Shown here: positions 28,378-40,070 of the stretch, piece after piece
Layout of the letters: each line of letters opens with the position of its first letter
Numbering within the stretch: position 1 is the first letter of the stretch
Assembly: GCA_032718475.1 (NCBI GenBank)
Contig: JAUCBJ010002273.1
Span: 97,779 to 161,778, forward strand
Direction: 5' to 3'
From: Nemertoderma westbladi
Lineage: Eukaryota > Animalia > Xenacoelomorpha
Length of the DNA stretch: 64,000 nucleotides
Notes under the pieces: model-generated
Told to the model about the DNA's origin: nothing
The model's input: only the letters and a program-made list of their open reading frames with translations
The model's database searches: none
Position numbers and translations under genes: made by a program

Positions 28378-30895
28378 ATCCACACTCTCTCATAAGAAAA
28401 GGTCCACCATAAAGAGCCACACTCTCTCATAAGAAAAGATCCACCATAAAGGGCCACTCTCTCTCATAAGAAAAGGTCCACCATAAAGCGCCACACTCTC
28501 TCATAAGAAAAGGTCCACCATAAAGCGCCACACTCTCTCATAAGAAAAGATCCACCATACAGTGCCACATTCTCCCAATAAAATGTCCGACACCATAAAG
28601 CGCCACACTCTCTCATAAGAAAAGATCCACCATAAAGAGCCACTCTCTCTTATAAGATAAGATCCACCATAAAGCGCCACTCTCTCTCATAAGAAAAGAT
28701 CCACCATAAAGCGCCACTCTCTCTCATAAGAAAAGATCCACCATAAAGGACCACTCTCTTTCATTAGTTAAGATCCACCATAAAGCGCCACTTTCTCTTA
28801 TAAGATAAGATCCACCATAAAGCGCCACTCTCTCTCATAAGAACAGATCCACCATAAAGGTCCACTCTCTTTCATAAGAAAAGATCCACCATAAAGCGCC
28901 ACTCTCTCTCTCATAAGAAAAGATCCACAACAATACGTCCAACACGTCCATAAAGCGACACACTCTCTCATAAGAAAAGGTCCACCATAAAGCGCCACTC
29001 TCTCTCATAAGAAAAGATCCACCATAAAGCGCCACTCTCTCTCTCATAAGAAAAGATCCACAACAATACGTCCAACACGTCCATAAAGCGACACACTCTC
29101 TCATAAGAAAAGGTCCACCATAAAGCGCCACTCTCTCTCATAAGAACAGATCCACCATAAAGGTCCACTCTCTTTCATAAGAAAAGATCCACCATAAAGC
29201 GCCACTCTCTCTCTCATAAGAAAAGATCCACAACAATACGTCCAACACGTCCATAAAGCGACACACTCTCTCATAAGAAAAGGTCCACCATAAAGCGCCA
29301 CTCTCTCTCATAAGAAAAGATCCACCATAAAGGTCCACTCTCTTTCATAAGAAAAGATCCACCATAAAGCGCCACTCTCTCTCATAAGAAAAGATCCACC
29401 ATAAAGAGCCACTCTCTCTTATAAGATAAGATCCACCATAAAGCGCCACTCTCTCTCATAAGAAAAGATCCACCATAAAGCGCCACTCTCTCTCATAAGA
29501 AAAGATCCACCATAAAGGACCACTCTCTTTCATTAGTTAAGATCCACCATAAAGCGCCACTTTCTCTTATAAGATAAGATCCACCATAAAGCGCCACTCT
29601 CTCTCATAAGAACAGATCCACCATAAAGGTCCACTCTCTTTCATAAGAAAAGATCCACCATAAAGCGCCACTCTCTCTCTCATAAGAAAAGATCCACAAC
29701 AATACGTCCAACACGTCCATAAAGCGACACACTCTCTCATAAGAAAAGGTCCACCATAAAGCGCCACTCTCTCTCATAAGAAAAGATCCACCATAAAGGG
29801 CCACTCTCTTTCATAAGAAAAGATCCACCATAAAGAGCCTCTCTCTCTCATAAGAAAAGATCCACCATAAAGTGCCACTCTCTTTCATAAGAAAAAATCC
29901 ACCACAAAGCGCCACTCTCTCTCATAAGAAAAGATCCACCATAAAGGGCCACACTCTTTCACAAGAAAAAATCCACCACAAAGCGCCACTCTCTCTCATA
30001 AGAAAAGATCCACCATAAAGGGCCACACTCTTTCACAAGAAAAGATCCACCATAAAGCGCCACTCTCTCTCATAAGAAAAGATCCACCATAAAGGACCAC
30101 TCTCTTTCATTAGATAAGATCCACCATAAAGCGCCACTTTCTCTTATAAGATAAGATCCACCATAAAGCGCCACTCTCTCTCATAAGAACAGATCCATCA
30201 TAAAGGTCCACTCTCTTTCATAAGAAAAGATCCACCATAAAGCGCCACTCTCTCTCATAAGAAAAGATCCACCACAATACGTCCAACACGTCCATAAAGC
30301 GACACACTCTCTCATAAGAAAAAGTCCACCATAAAGCGCCACTCTCTCTCATAAGAAAAGATCCACCATAAAGGGCCACTCTCTTTCATAAGAAAAGATC
30401 CACCATAAAGAGCCTCTCTCTCTCATAAGAAAAGATCCACCATAAAGTGCCACACTCTTTCATAAGAAAAGATCCACCATAATGAGCCACACTCTCACAT
30501 AATTCAATTCAATTCATTTTATTTCATTTTATTTTCCCCGATACTAATATTAAGTAATAATTAAGCACATTTACAATAAACAATAATGACAACTTTAATA
30601 ATAATGCACATTTATTGATAATGGGAAAGGGCAGCAGCCAATAGCAAAGCTAGTCGAGGGCTTCTTCCTTAAAAAAAGATTTGAAAAAATAAGAAAAGGT
30701 CCACCATAAAGAGCCACTCTCTCTCATAAGAAAAGCCACCATAATTAAAACTCTTCCATAGTAAAAGGTCCACCATAAAGCGCCACATTATACCATAAGA
30801 AAAGGTCCACCATAAAGCGCCACACTTCCTCATAAGAAAAGGTCCACCATGAAGCGGCACACCCTCTAATAAGAAGAGTTCCCCCATAGAGTGCC
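28378..30895. repeat. 37-bp minisatellite with higher-order repeats (copy A)
   Basis: Unit CCACCATAAAGCGCCACTCTCTCTCATAAGAAAAGAT. Variant blocks recur (e.g. 28798 vs 29567, offset 769). Interrupted at about 30502-30688 and degenerate after that. Confidence 0.97.
30502..30688 (-). mobile_element. Short 3'-end fragment of an L2/CR1-type LINE or its SINE, inserted in the minisatellite
   Basis: (TTGAA)n tail on the minus strand. The motif CAGCCAATAGCAAAGCTAGT resembles CAGCAAAATAGCAGTGCTAGT in the 3' end of the LINE at about 36924-36944. Confidence 0.6.
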
Positions 30896-31169
30896 AGATC
30901 CAGCCCCCACAAACAGCGCCCCACACCTCCAATTTCCTCAAACGATCCTAACTCAAAACACTCATGTCAAGACTCCAATATTATGTACGAAAAAATAGTA
31001 ACAATGCATATTATCTAATAATTATAATGGGAATTATCAACTTGAATTATCTGCTTGATGGCGACCGCATTGATGTCTTTACACAATATTTTCTAGGAAT
31101 ATCGGCTGACCGTTACTGCTGAACCGACACCACTGGCTGGCTGACAACTGCTATTCTGCTACCGGTACC

Positions 31170-31700
31170 TTGATTTTATATAAATATACGGTAATTTTAA
31201 TGGCAGCCAGGATATCCACTAACAACAAATATGATCCTCTTCATCGGTTGACAGAATCCCTTAGCCAACTCCGATCAGGTCTCAATGAAGAGCACGAAAT
31301 AGTTGCGGGGTCTATGGAAAACCTCGACCATATTATATGCAACATAGTCACCAATTTACCTCCTGGCACGTGAAGTCATCAAGCTCCCCAGCGCAAAACT
31401 CGGAATTGAATTGACTCTAAATGATTTTGACCGCTGTCACAATCTCAGCCAATCTAATAAGGGATCAAAGGAACTATGCATCACTAAGTTTACAAACTAT
31501 CGGGCAAAGGCTAAGGTGATCACGAAGCGTTGACTCCTTAAGGGATCCAATATTCTTATTACGGATAGCCTAACAAAACGGCTTTGTTTTACTTAAGCGA
31601 AACCTAAAGGTTGACCACGCTCCGCGTGGAGCTCGGATGGAAGAATCTTGGTTGCCCGAATTTGTGGTACACCAGAATGGTGATTTCATCCCTTACTGAC
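31170..31700 (+). pseudogene. Disrupted LINE ORF1 (RRM/transposase-22-like)
   Basis: Manual translation gives LGIELTLNDFDRCHNL..CITKFTNYRAKAKVITKR*LLKGSNILITDSLTKR, which is typical of ORF1p. Contains stops and frameshifts. Confidence 0.65.
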
Positions 31701-32034
31701 ATTGAAGCATGGACACCTCCATCATCAGATACACCACCGGTTGTATGTCACAAATCGAAGGCCTCGGGGTACAAATAGCGGAACCTCAACCAATGCTGCA
31801 ATGGCTGCACCGGCTACATCCCCCACACGCAGTAAATTCGTCAACCGCAGACACCATCAGTGGCCCAAGGAACTGCCCCGAAGAACAAAAAGGGTAAGAA
31901 GTAAGTAAATAGGTCAAATGACTAATGAACTCTTAATTACTTATATGTGTGTGTAATTATAATTATCATGGCAACGAAACAATCTGTACATATGATATGG
32001 CTAATACATATCATATGTATTAGGCCTACTATAT

Positions 32035-33278
32035 ATCACTGTGGTTCATGTAATGTATCAGTAGGCAAAAAACAGATGGCCATTTCTTGTGATTACTGCA
32101 ATAAATGGATACAACTTAAATGTATTTGGTATTTCGTCCAATTATTCGAGGTCTGACTACCGATATTTTCAAAATTCTAACTATTCCTAGTACTATTCAT
32201 ACTGCATTGCAGCATCATTACCCTTTCAGTGGACAGCAGATGAGGATGAATATAAATTAACAATCACAGACTACGGAATTCCAGGAACAATAAATATTGA
32301 GGCCCTTGATAGTATGTATTTCGAGCCCTACAAAATTGCAGCTGATAATGAGAATGATTTGGATGGAGAGATATCAATCCAAATTTAAACTTTACTTCTG
32401 ACCACTCTGCTATACGCAATTGTCAATATTATTTTTCAAACGATTTTAATAGTAAATGTACTACTAATATTGATAATGATATCTGAATGATTCGTTTCAA
32501 CTCACGCTGTCTGTGTTCGAGTTTTGAAAATATAACTTCATACCTCGATCAATTGGACGTTAAATTCAATTACATTGGAATTTCGGAGAGTTTGCTAAAC
32601 AAACGACGCCATGATCTTACAAAATTTGATATCCCGGGTTATATTCCATTCTTGGACTGCCGCTCAGATGAGTCTGGAGCGGGTATTGCACTCTATGTAT
32701 CTGAAAATATATCAGCAATACCCAGAAAGGACCTGAAAATCAAGCGATCAAATGACTATGATATGCAAATTCTTTTCACTGAAATTCCTCAACCAAAATT
32801 TAAAAATATTTTACTTAAATTTAATTTGTCGGCCACCTTGTTTAGTCATTCACGATAGTATTGGCAAATTAAATGATATTTTTAAAAAGATAACTGACGA
32901 AGGAAAAACTAATGGGCTAACAATAACTAAATAAGGTACCTCAGATTGTCATTTACAACACCCGCGACTTCTATAACTTTCTAACATCTTTCAATTTCTC
33001 TCCCACTATATCTAAACCAACACGAATCACTGAATCCTCAGCCACACTCATAGATAACATTCACTACTCCCCAGCTACTGGTTATGCATTCCGGTTTACT
33101 TATGGCAGCAATCTCTAATCATCTCCCTGTGTTTTTGTTTGGTAATGCCAAATCAACCAATTCAATACGAAACAAAAATACCTACATTCAAAAACGGAAA
33201 ATTACAACACTTTTTGAGTACGTTTGATGAATGCCTTGGCAATATGAACTGGGAAGATGTATTCGATACAATAGATTC
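32035..33278 (+). pseudogene. Disrupted ORF2 N-terminus: PHD finger plus APE endonuclease
   Basis: Motifs CGSC..ISCDYCNKWIQLKC, FNSRCL, IGISES, GAGIALYV, KPTRITESSATLIDNI and SNHLPV, spread over several frames. Confidence 0.88.
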
Positions 33279-34844
33279 TACACGAAGTGGGGCCTTCGCG
33301 CAGCACGTGAAATGAGTTAATGCTAAGTATCAACTCGAAAGGATTATAAAAACATAGGAGAAGATTTTCCCGGAAAACGTTAACCCTCTAGCGGGAGACT
33401 GGGTAACTGAAGAAGGAAGGATTAGTTTCCCTACAAAGCCACATCCTATGGTCTATTACATATCTACCAAGTTTCCGATTGACGGATCATAAATAACGAA
33501 ATGTTGGAAGGTTTTCACTTTCATACATTTAGCCCTCTAGCGGCATATTAAAGAACTACGGATCGATCACCTTCCTCACAAAGACGAGGCATGTGGTCTA
33601 GTACATACCGGTACTGTATATTCCAAAATTCAGCTTAAATAGATTAAGATCAAGGAATTCGCAAAGGTTATCACTTTCCTACATTTCGCCCTCTAGCGGC
33701 AGACTCGAAAACTCCGGACCGATTACTGTCCACACAAAGACTTAGGATGTCTTCTAGTACATATATGACAAGTTTCAGCGTAATCAGATCATAAACAACT
33801 AAATGGAAGAATAATTTCACATTCGGGACATTTCGCCCTCTAGCGGCAGACTGGAGAACTGCAGACAGATTAGCCTCCTTTGAAATTTACAGCTAATGGT
33901 CTAGTACATACTTCCCAAGTTTCAGCTTAAACGGATTAAAAGCAAAGAAATGGGTGGCCATTTAATGTTTAGACATGTGGCCCTCTAGCGGGAGACTGGA
34001 AAACTTCGGACCGATTACAATCCACACAAAGACTCAGGATGTCTTCTAGTACATATATGACAAGTTTCAGCGTAATCAGATCATAAACAACTAAATGGAA
34101 GAATAATTTCACATTCGGGACATTTCGCCCTCTAGCGGCAGACTGGAGAACTGCAGACAGATTAGCCTCCTTTGAAATTTACAGCTAATGGTCTAGTACA
34201 TACTTCCCAAGTTTCAGCTTAAACGGATTAAAAGCAAAGAAATGGGTGGCCATTTAATGTTTAGACATGTGGCCCTCTAGCGGGAGACTGGAAAACTTCG
34301 GACCGATTACAATCCACACAAAGACTCAGGATGTCATCTAGTACATATATGACAAGTTTCAGCGTAATCAGATCATAAACAACTAAATGGAAGAATAATT
34401 TCACATTCGGGACATTTCGCCCTCTAGCGGCAGACTGGAGAACTGCAGACAGATTAGCCTCCTTTGAAATTTACAGCTAATGGTCTAGTACATACTTCCC
34501 AAGTTTCAGCTTAAACGGATTAAAAGCAAAGAAATGGGTGGCCATTTAATGTTTAGACATGTGGCCCTCTAGCGGGAGACCATTGCACTGATGGTGTCTG
34601 AAAGTCTCTCAAAAATCTCAACTTTTGCTCATATTGATACCTACAAATTTTCAACTTGGCAGCTTTAAATCCGACAAAGTTATTAGCATGTCAAAATCGT
34701 AACGACGACGACAACGACGACGACGACAACGACGACGACGACAACGACGACGACGACGACGACGACAACTATTTGCATAAATTGACCCACCCCCTAACAG
34801 TGTCAATTCGCTAAGGCTCCGCCAACTTCGTGGCTCGCCCCACA
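33279..34844. mobile_element. Non-autonomous Helentron-type element (HINE/DINE-1/Pearl-like) with an internal ~146-bp tandem array
   Basis: Short inverted repeat CACGAAGT (33281) / ACTTCGTG (34825). Nine ~146-bp core repeats, the last six forming near-perfect 292-bp dimers, then an (ACG/ACA)n microsatellite at about 34702-34767. The family assignment rests on architecture only. Confidence 0.7.
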
Positions 34845-34859
34845 CCCCACGAATAATTT

Positions 34860-35157
34860 AAGAATATAATTTTGCAGATGATACGAATTTGCTTTTATCA
34901 GGTTCAGACATAAATAACATTATTAATACCGCTAACATCAAACTGAAAAACTAGCTAAAAGGTTTCAAATAAATAGACTGTCAATGAACGTGGATAAAAC
35001 CCATTGTATTATATTCAATCAATACAATAATAAAACAATATCTACTTCCCAAGAAGTCAATATTAGTGGAAAAATTATAAAAAAGAAACAATGCATAAAA
35101 TTCTTAGGTGTTCTCATTGATGCAAATTTAAATTGGAAAGATCACATATCGCACATA
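34860..35157 (+). pseudogene. Host LINE RT fragment
   Basis: FADDTNLLLSG...MNVDKTHCIIF...IKFLGVLIDANLNWKDHISHI, with frameshift and stop. Confidence 0.9.
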
Positions 35158-35166
35158 CTACTACTA

Positions 35167-36706
35167 CTAGGTCGAGCGAACTCGGACAGTGGAAATGAGA
35201 TCCTTCCAGGCTTCCCGATTCTCCATAGTTGTCGCAATTTCGTTTCTCCCAAGTTCAGTATCCCTTTCAAGTTGATCTATATATGTTATGGCCGGTCGTC
35301 CACGACTACGCTTTCCATGAGTTGGTTGCCAGAAAAGTAGATCTGGTATGACCTCGTCTTTACTTCGCCAGCAGTGCCCACTGAATCTTAATCTGCGTTC
35401 ACGGAGGGTGGTTGATACAGGTGGTATTGTACCATAAAGCTCGGCGTTTGTCATGTGTTGTCTCCAGCTGATGTTTAGGGCTGCCCTTAGTAGTCTTGTG
35501 TAGCAACCATCAATTCGTTGTTCAAGTGATTTAGTCAGTGTCCAGGTCTCACCCCCGTATAAAAATACACTTTCCACTGTGGCTCGAAAGAACTTGGTCT
35601 TCAGGTGCCTGGAGAGATCTGATTTCCAGATGGTATCCATTTTTGATAGAGCTACCCAAGCCTTTGCTTTCCTAACTTCTATGTCCTTTTTGCTACTCTC
35701 TATCCATGATCCAAGGTACTGGAAGTCATCGACCTTCCTTAGTTGACTATTATCAATGGTTGTCAAGTTTCCCTCAACATTAAAGGTCATGAATTCGGTC
35801 TTGGTAGCATTTATATGCAATCCAACCTCCTTAGCAGCCTTCTCCACTTTATTTAGTAGAAGCTGTGCATCTGCTAGCGTATTAGAGAGCAGGGCGATGT
35901 CATCCGCAAAGTCGGTGTCTGTGACTGTAGTTGCCGCATATCTACTACTTCTGCGTTCTTGAAGTGTGAATCCCAGATCTTCACCCTTTGTGGCCGTCCT
36001 CATTGCGTAATCCAGCACAATTAACAATAGTAATGGTGCTAATGTGTCATCTTGCAGTACGCCAGCCAGGATTGAGAAAAACTCAGTTTCACCATCTGGT
36101 GAGAGTACCTGCGCTTCTGTGTCACAATATAACAATCCAATGCCAGCAACAATTACTTCTGGTATTCCATAAGCTCTTAGGATTTCAAGCATTTTACCTC
36201 TATGGATGGAGTCGAATGCCTTCTTGAAGTCCACAAAAGTCATGACTGCGGGGAGATTCTTTGACTTAATTCCTTCAATCAGTCTCCGTAGTGCAAGTAT
36301 CTGAGCTATTGTTGATCTACTTGGTCGAAATCCGTTTTGGCTCTTACGCAGTAGTTTCTCTATGTGAGGCCTAATCCTATATAGAATCATTTTATTGTAT
36401 ATTTTGGCAGCTACCACAAGCAGACAGATCCCACGATAGTTTGTTGGTATGCCGAGGTCTCCTTTCTTGGGGAGAGACTTTAGTTGACCTTTAGTCCAAA
36501 TTGGTGGTGGCTTTTCCCCTTTTAACATCCGGTTGCAAACATTCAATAATGGTCTATTTAGCACTCTGGTTTTCCATACCTCCGCTGGGATTTCATCTAA
36601 TCCCCTCACTTTATTATTGGACATGCTTTTAATGCTTCTTTGGAGTTTGGCAGGTGTGAAGTCCCCTGTTTCTATAGGTAGTGTCTTGTCATATATTTTC
36701 CTTGTA
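35167..36706 (-). CDS. RTE-type reverse transcriptase, C-terminal ~510 aa, uninterrupted but partial
   Basis: Motifs NYRGICL, QNGFRPSRST, FVDFKKAFDS, GVLQDDTLAP, DFADDIAL, FQYLGS and LYGGETW; C-terminal RGRP motif typical of RTE. Confidence 0.93.
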
Positions 36707-37145
36707 TTCAATTTCAATTCAATTCAAATTTATTCAAACAAACAAACATTTAAAATCTAATATATAGCCTACACCAGGACCCATAGCCAGCCACATATCT
36801 TACATAACCAGAATATTTCTAGTTGTAATTAAGTAATATTAGTAATATAATCAGGGGGCTGGATTGAGTCGGTAACTACGGTAGATGGTTATTAATGTAT
36901 GAAGTTTGTTTGTTTCAGGAGAACAGCAAAATAGCAGTGCTAGTGACTAGCTGTCCACCTGGTAAAAATACTGGATATAAATATTGACGTTGGATTTATT
37001 ATTTATATTCTTATGTTTATGAGGGGGGGGGGGGGGGGGGGGGGGGGTGGTGGTGTAAGGACTTGGATTGTGGATTATACTTAATTATAATTAGATTTAA
37101 AATTAGAATGACATAAATACATATTTTACGTGCAGAGTGCCAGAG

Positions 37146-39005
37146 CGACTCACCCGGGTGAGACAAAAATGAAGCGTGGCCCCGCGCCCGGGTGAGACAA
37201 AAAATGAAGCGTGGCCCCGCGCCCAGGTGAGACAAATAATTAAGCGTGGCCCCGCGCCCAGGTGAGACAAATAATTAAGCGTGGCCCCGCGCCCGGGTGA
37301 GACAAAAAATGAAGCGTGGCACCGCGCCCGGGTGAGACAAAAATGAATCGTGGCCCCGCGCCCGGGTGAGACAAATAATTAAGCGTGGCCCCGCGCCCGG
37401 GTGAGACAAATAATTAAGCGTGGCCCCGCGCCCGGGTGAGACAAAAAATGAAGCGTGGCCCCGCGCCCAGGTGAGACAAATAATTAAGCGTGGCCCCGCG
37501 CCCGGGTGAGACAAATAATTAAGCGTGGCCCCGCGCCCGGGTGAGACAAAAAATGAAGCGTGGCCCCGCGCCCAGGTGAGACAAATAATTAAGCGTGGCC
37601 CCGCGCCCGGGTGAGACAAAAATGAATCGTGGCCCCGCGCCCAGGTGAGACAAATAATTAAGCGTGGCCCCGCGCCCGTGTGAGACAAAAATGAAGCGTG
37701 GCCCCGCGCCCAGGTGAGACAAATAATTAAGCGTGGCCCCGCGCCCGGGTGAGACAAAAATGAAGCGTGGCCCCGCGCCCGGGTGAGACAAAAAATGAAG
37801 CGTGGCCCCGCGCCCAGGTGAGACAAATAATTAAGCGTGGCCCCGCGCCCGGGTGAGACAAAAAATGAAGCGTGGCACCGCGCCCGGGTGAGACAAAAAT
37901 GAATCGTGGCCCCGCGCCCAGGTGAGACAAATAATTAAGCGTGGCCCCGCGCCCGGGTGAGACAAAAAATGAAGCGTGGCCCCGCGCCCAGGTGAGACAA
38001 ATAATTAAGCGTGGCCCCGCGCCCGGGTGAGACAAAAAATTAAGCGTGGCCCCGCGCCCGGGTGAGACAAAAAATGAAGCGTGGCCCCGCGCCCGGGTGA
38101 GACAAAAATGGAGAGTGACCCCTCGCCGGGTGAGACAAATAATTAAGCGTGGCCCCGCGCCCGGGTGAGACAAATAATTAAGCGTGGCACCGCGCCCGGG
38201 TGAGACAAAAAATGAAGCGTGGCCCCGCGCCCAGGTGAGACAAATAATTAAGCGTGGCACCGCGCCCGGGTGAGACAAAAAATGAAGCGTGGCCCCGCGC
38301 CCAGGTGAGACAAATAATTAAGCGTGGCCCCGCGCCCGGGTGAGACAAAAAATGAAGCGTGGCCCCGCGCCCGGGTGAGACAAAAATGGAGAGTGACCCC
38401 TCGCCGGGTGAGACAAATAATTAAGCGTGGCCCCGCGCCCGGGTGAGACAAATAATTAAGCGTGGCACCGCGCCCGGGTGAGACAAAAAATGAAGCGTGG
38501 CCCCGCGCCCAGGTGAGACAAATAATTAAGCGTGGCACCGCGCCCGGGTGAGACAAAAAATGAAGCGTGGCCCCGCGCCCGGGTGAGACAAAAAATTAAG
38601 CGTGGCCCCGCGCCCGGGTGAGACAAAAAATGAAGCGTGGCCCCGCGCCCGGGTGAGACAAAAATGGAGAGTGACCCCTCGCCGGGTGAGACAAATAATT
38701 AAGCGTGGCCCCGCGCCCGGGTGAGACAAATAATTAAGCGTGGCACCGCGCCCGGGTGAGACAAAAAATGAAGCGTGGCCCCGCGCCCGGGTGAGACAAA
38801 AAATTAAGCGTGGCCCCGCGCCCGGGTGAGACAAATAATTAAGCGTGGCCCCGCGCCCGGGTGAGACAAATAATTAAGCGTGGCCCCGCGCCCGGGTGAG
38901 ACAAAAAATGAAGCGTGGCCCCGCGCCCGGGTGAGACAAAAATGGAGAGTGACCCCTCGCCGGGTGAGACAAAAATGAAGCGTGACTCCAAGCCCGGGTG
39001 AGACA
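37146..39005. repeat. GC/CpG-rich 34-35-bp minisatellite (about 53 units) with a 278-bp higher-order repeat
   Basis: Unit AAGCGTGGCCCCGCGCCCGGGTGAGACAAATAATT. The variant GGAGAGTGACCCCTCG recurs at 278-bp spacing (about 38110, 38388, 38666). Confidence 0.97.
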
Positions 39006-39054
39006 AGCAAATTATGAGTTATAAGGGACATATAAATATCTACATATAAATATT

Positions 39055-40070
39055 TCAGTTTAATAAGAACAATTTTAATTTATTTAAAAATAAAGACTTG
39101 CTTGTGATTGAACGAAGTTCGGAAGTTCGAAGTTCTATATAAACCTGATGCTGCAGAGCGTTGTGAGAATGTATATCACTAAATTTTGTAAACAAATGGG
39201 ATAAAGAACCAGGAACATTATGGTTTATATCATACATTAGTTTACAAACTTGGTATTTATATAAATTCTCTAGAGGTAACACCTTTAGTTGGCGGTACAG
39301 GGGTAGTGAGGAAGTACGGTAGTGACTAAATTCAATTACTCGTAAAATGTTATTTATTTTTGTCCTTATAGGCTTTAAAATTGAGTCACACGCAGCCCCC
39401 CAAACAATTAAACCATAATTAACGTAAGGATATATTAAAGCAAAAAATATGGTTCTAAGGATATGCAAGGGGAAAATATGACGAAGTTTGTAAAATATAC
39501 CACTGGATTTCGATAATTTTTTAAAGAACATACTGCACATGTAATTTAAACGTAAGTCTGTCGTCAATGAATACACCTAAATATTTGACCCCTGCCGCCT
39601 TGGTAATTGCAGTTTCTTTAATTTTAACTATTGGAAGTCCCGAGTGTGGTAATTTTGAATTTGAAAAATAACTATACTCTGTTTTTTTTATGTTTAACGA
39701 TAATTTGTTATCGGCCAGCCAATTTGATATATTAACAAATTCTGAGTTTACAGTGTCAATTAAAATATTATGATTATGAGAGTGATACATTAAGGTAGTG
39801 TCGTCAGCAAAAAGGGTTGTCAAAAATTTATTACTATTCGGAAGATCGTTAATGTATAATAAAAATAATAGCGGCCCAAAATAGATCCCTGTGGTATACC
39901 ACATGTTATTAGTTTTTTTGTTGAGCTGGCAGAACCCACAGAAACCCACAGAGTGCGACCTGTTAAATAATCTGAAAACAATTGTAACTGACGACCCCTG
40001 ACACCATAGCGTTCCATTTTTTTAATTAAGATTGAGTGGTCCAAGGTATCAAACGCCTTTTTAAGATCTA
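39055..40070 (-). pseudogene. C-terminal part of the LINE ORF2 RT, frameshifted
   Basis: DLKKAFD...GIPQGSILG / PLLFLLYINDL...FADDT...KYLGVFIDDRLTF / YPYVNYGLIVWG, in three different ORFs. Confidence 0.93.

Noticed and set aside
28140-30941. ORFs such as MALYGGSFLMRE... (also 58195-59197)
   Set aside because: Translations of the 37-bp minisatellite in shifting frames.
34651-34845. Protamine-like Arg-rich ORF
   Set aside because: Arises from the (CGT)n microsatellite of the HINE-like element.
35756-36760. Plus-strand ORFs overlapping the RT (also 45050-46204 and 60671-61521)
   Set aside because: Antisense shadows of real coding frames with no motif support.
37017-39031. ORFs of 72-183 aa (SHPGAGPR...)
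   Set aside because: Products of the 34-35-bp minisatellite; unit length is not a multiple of three.
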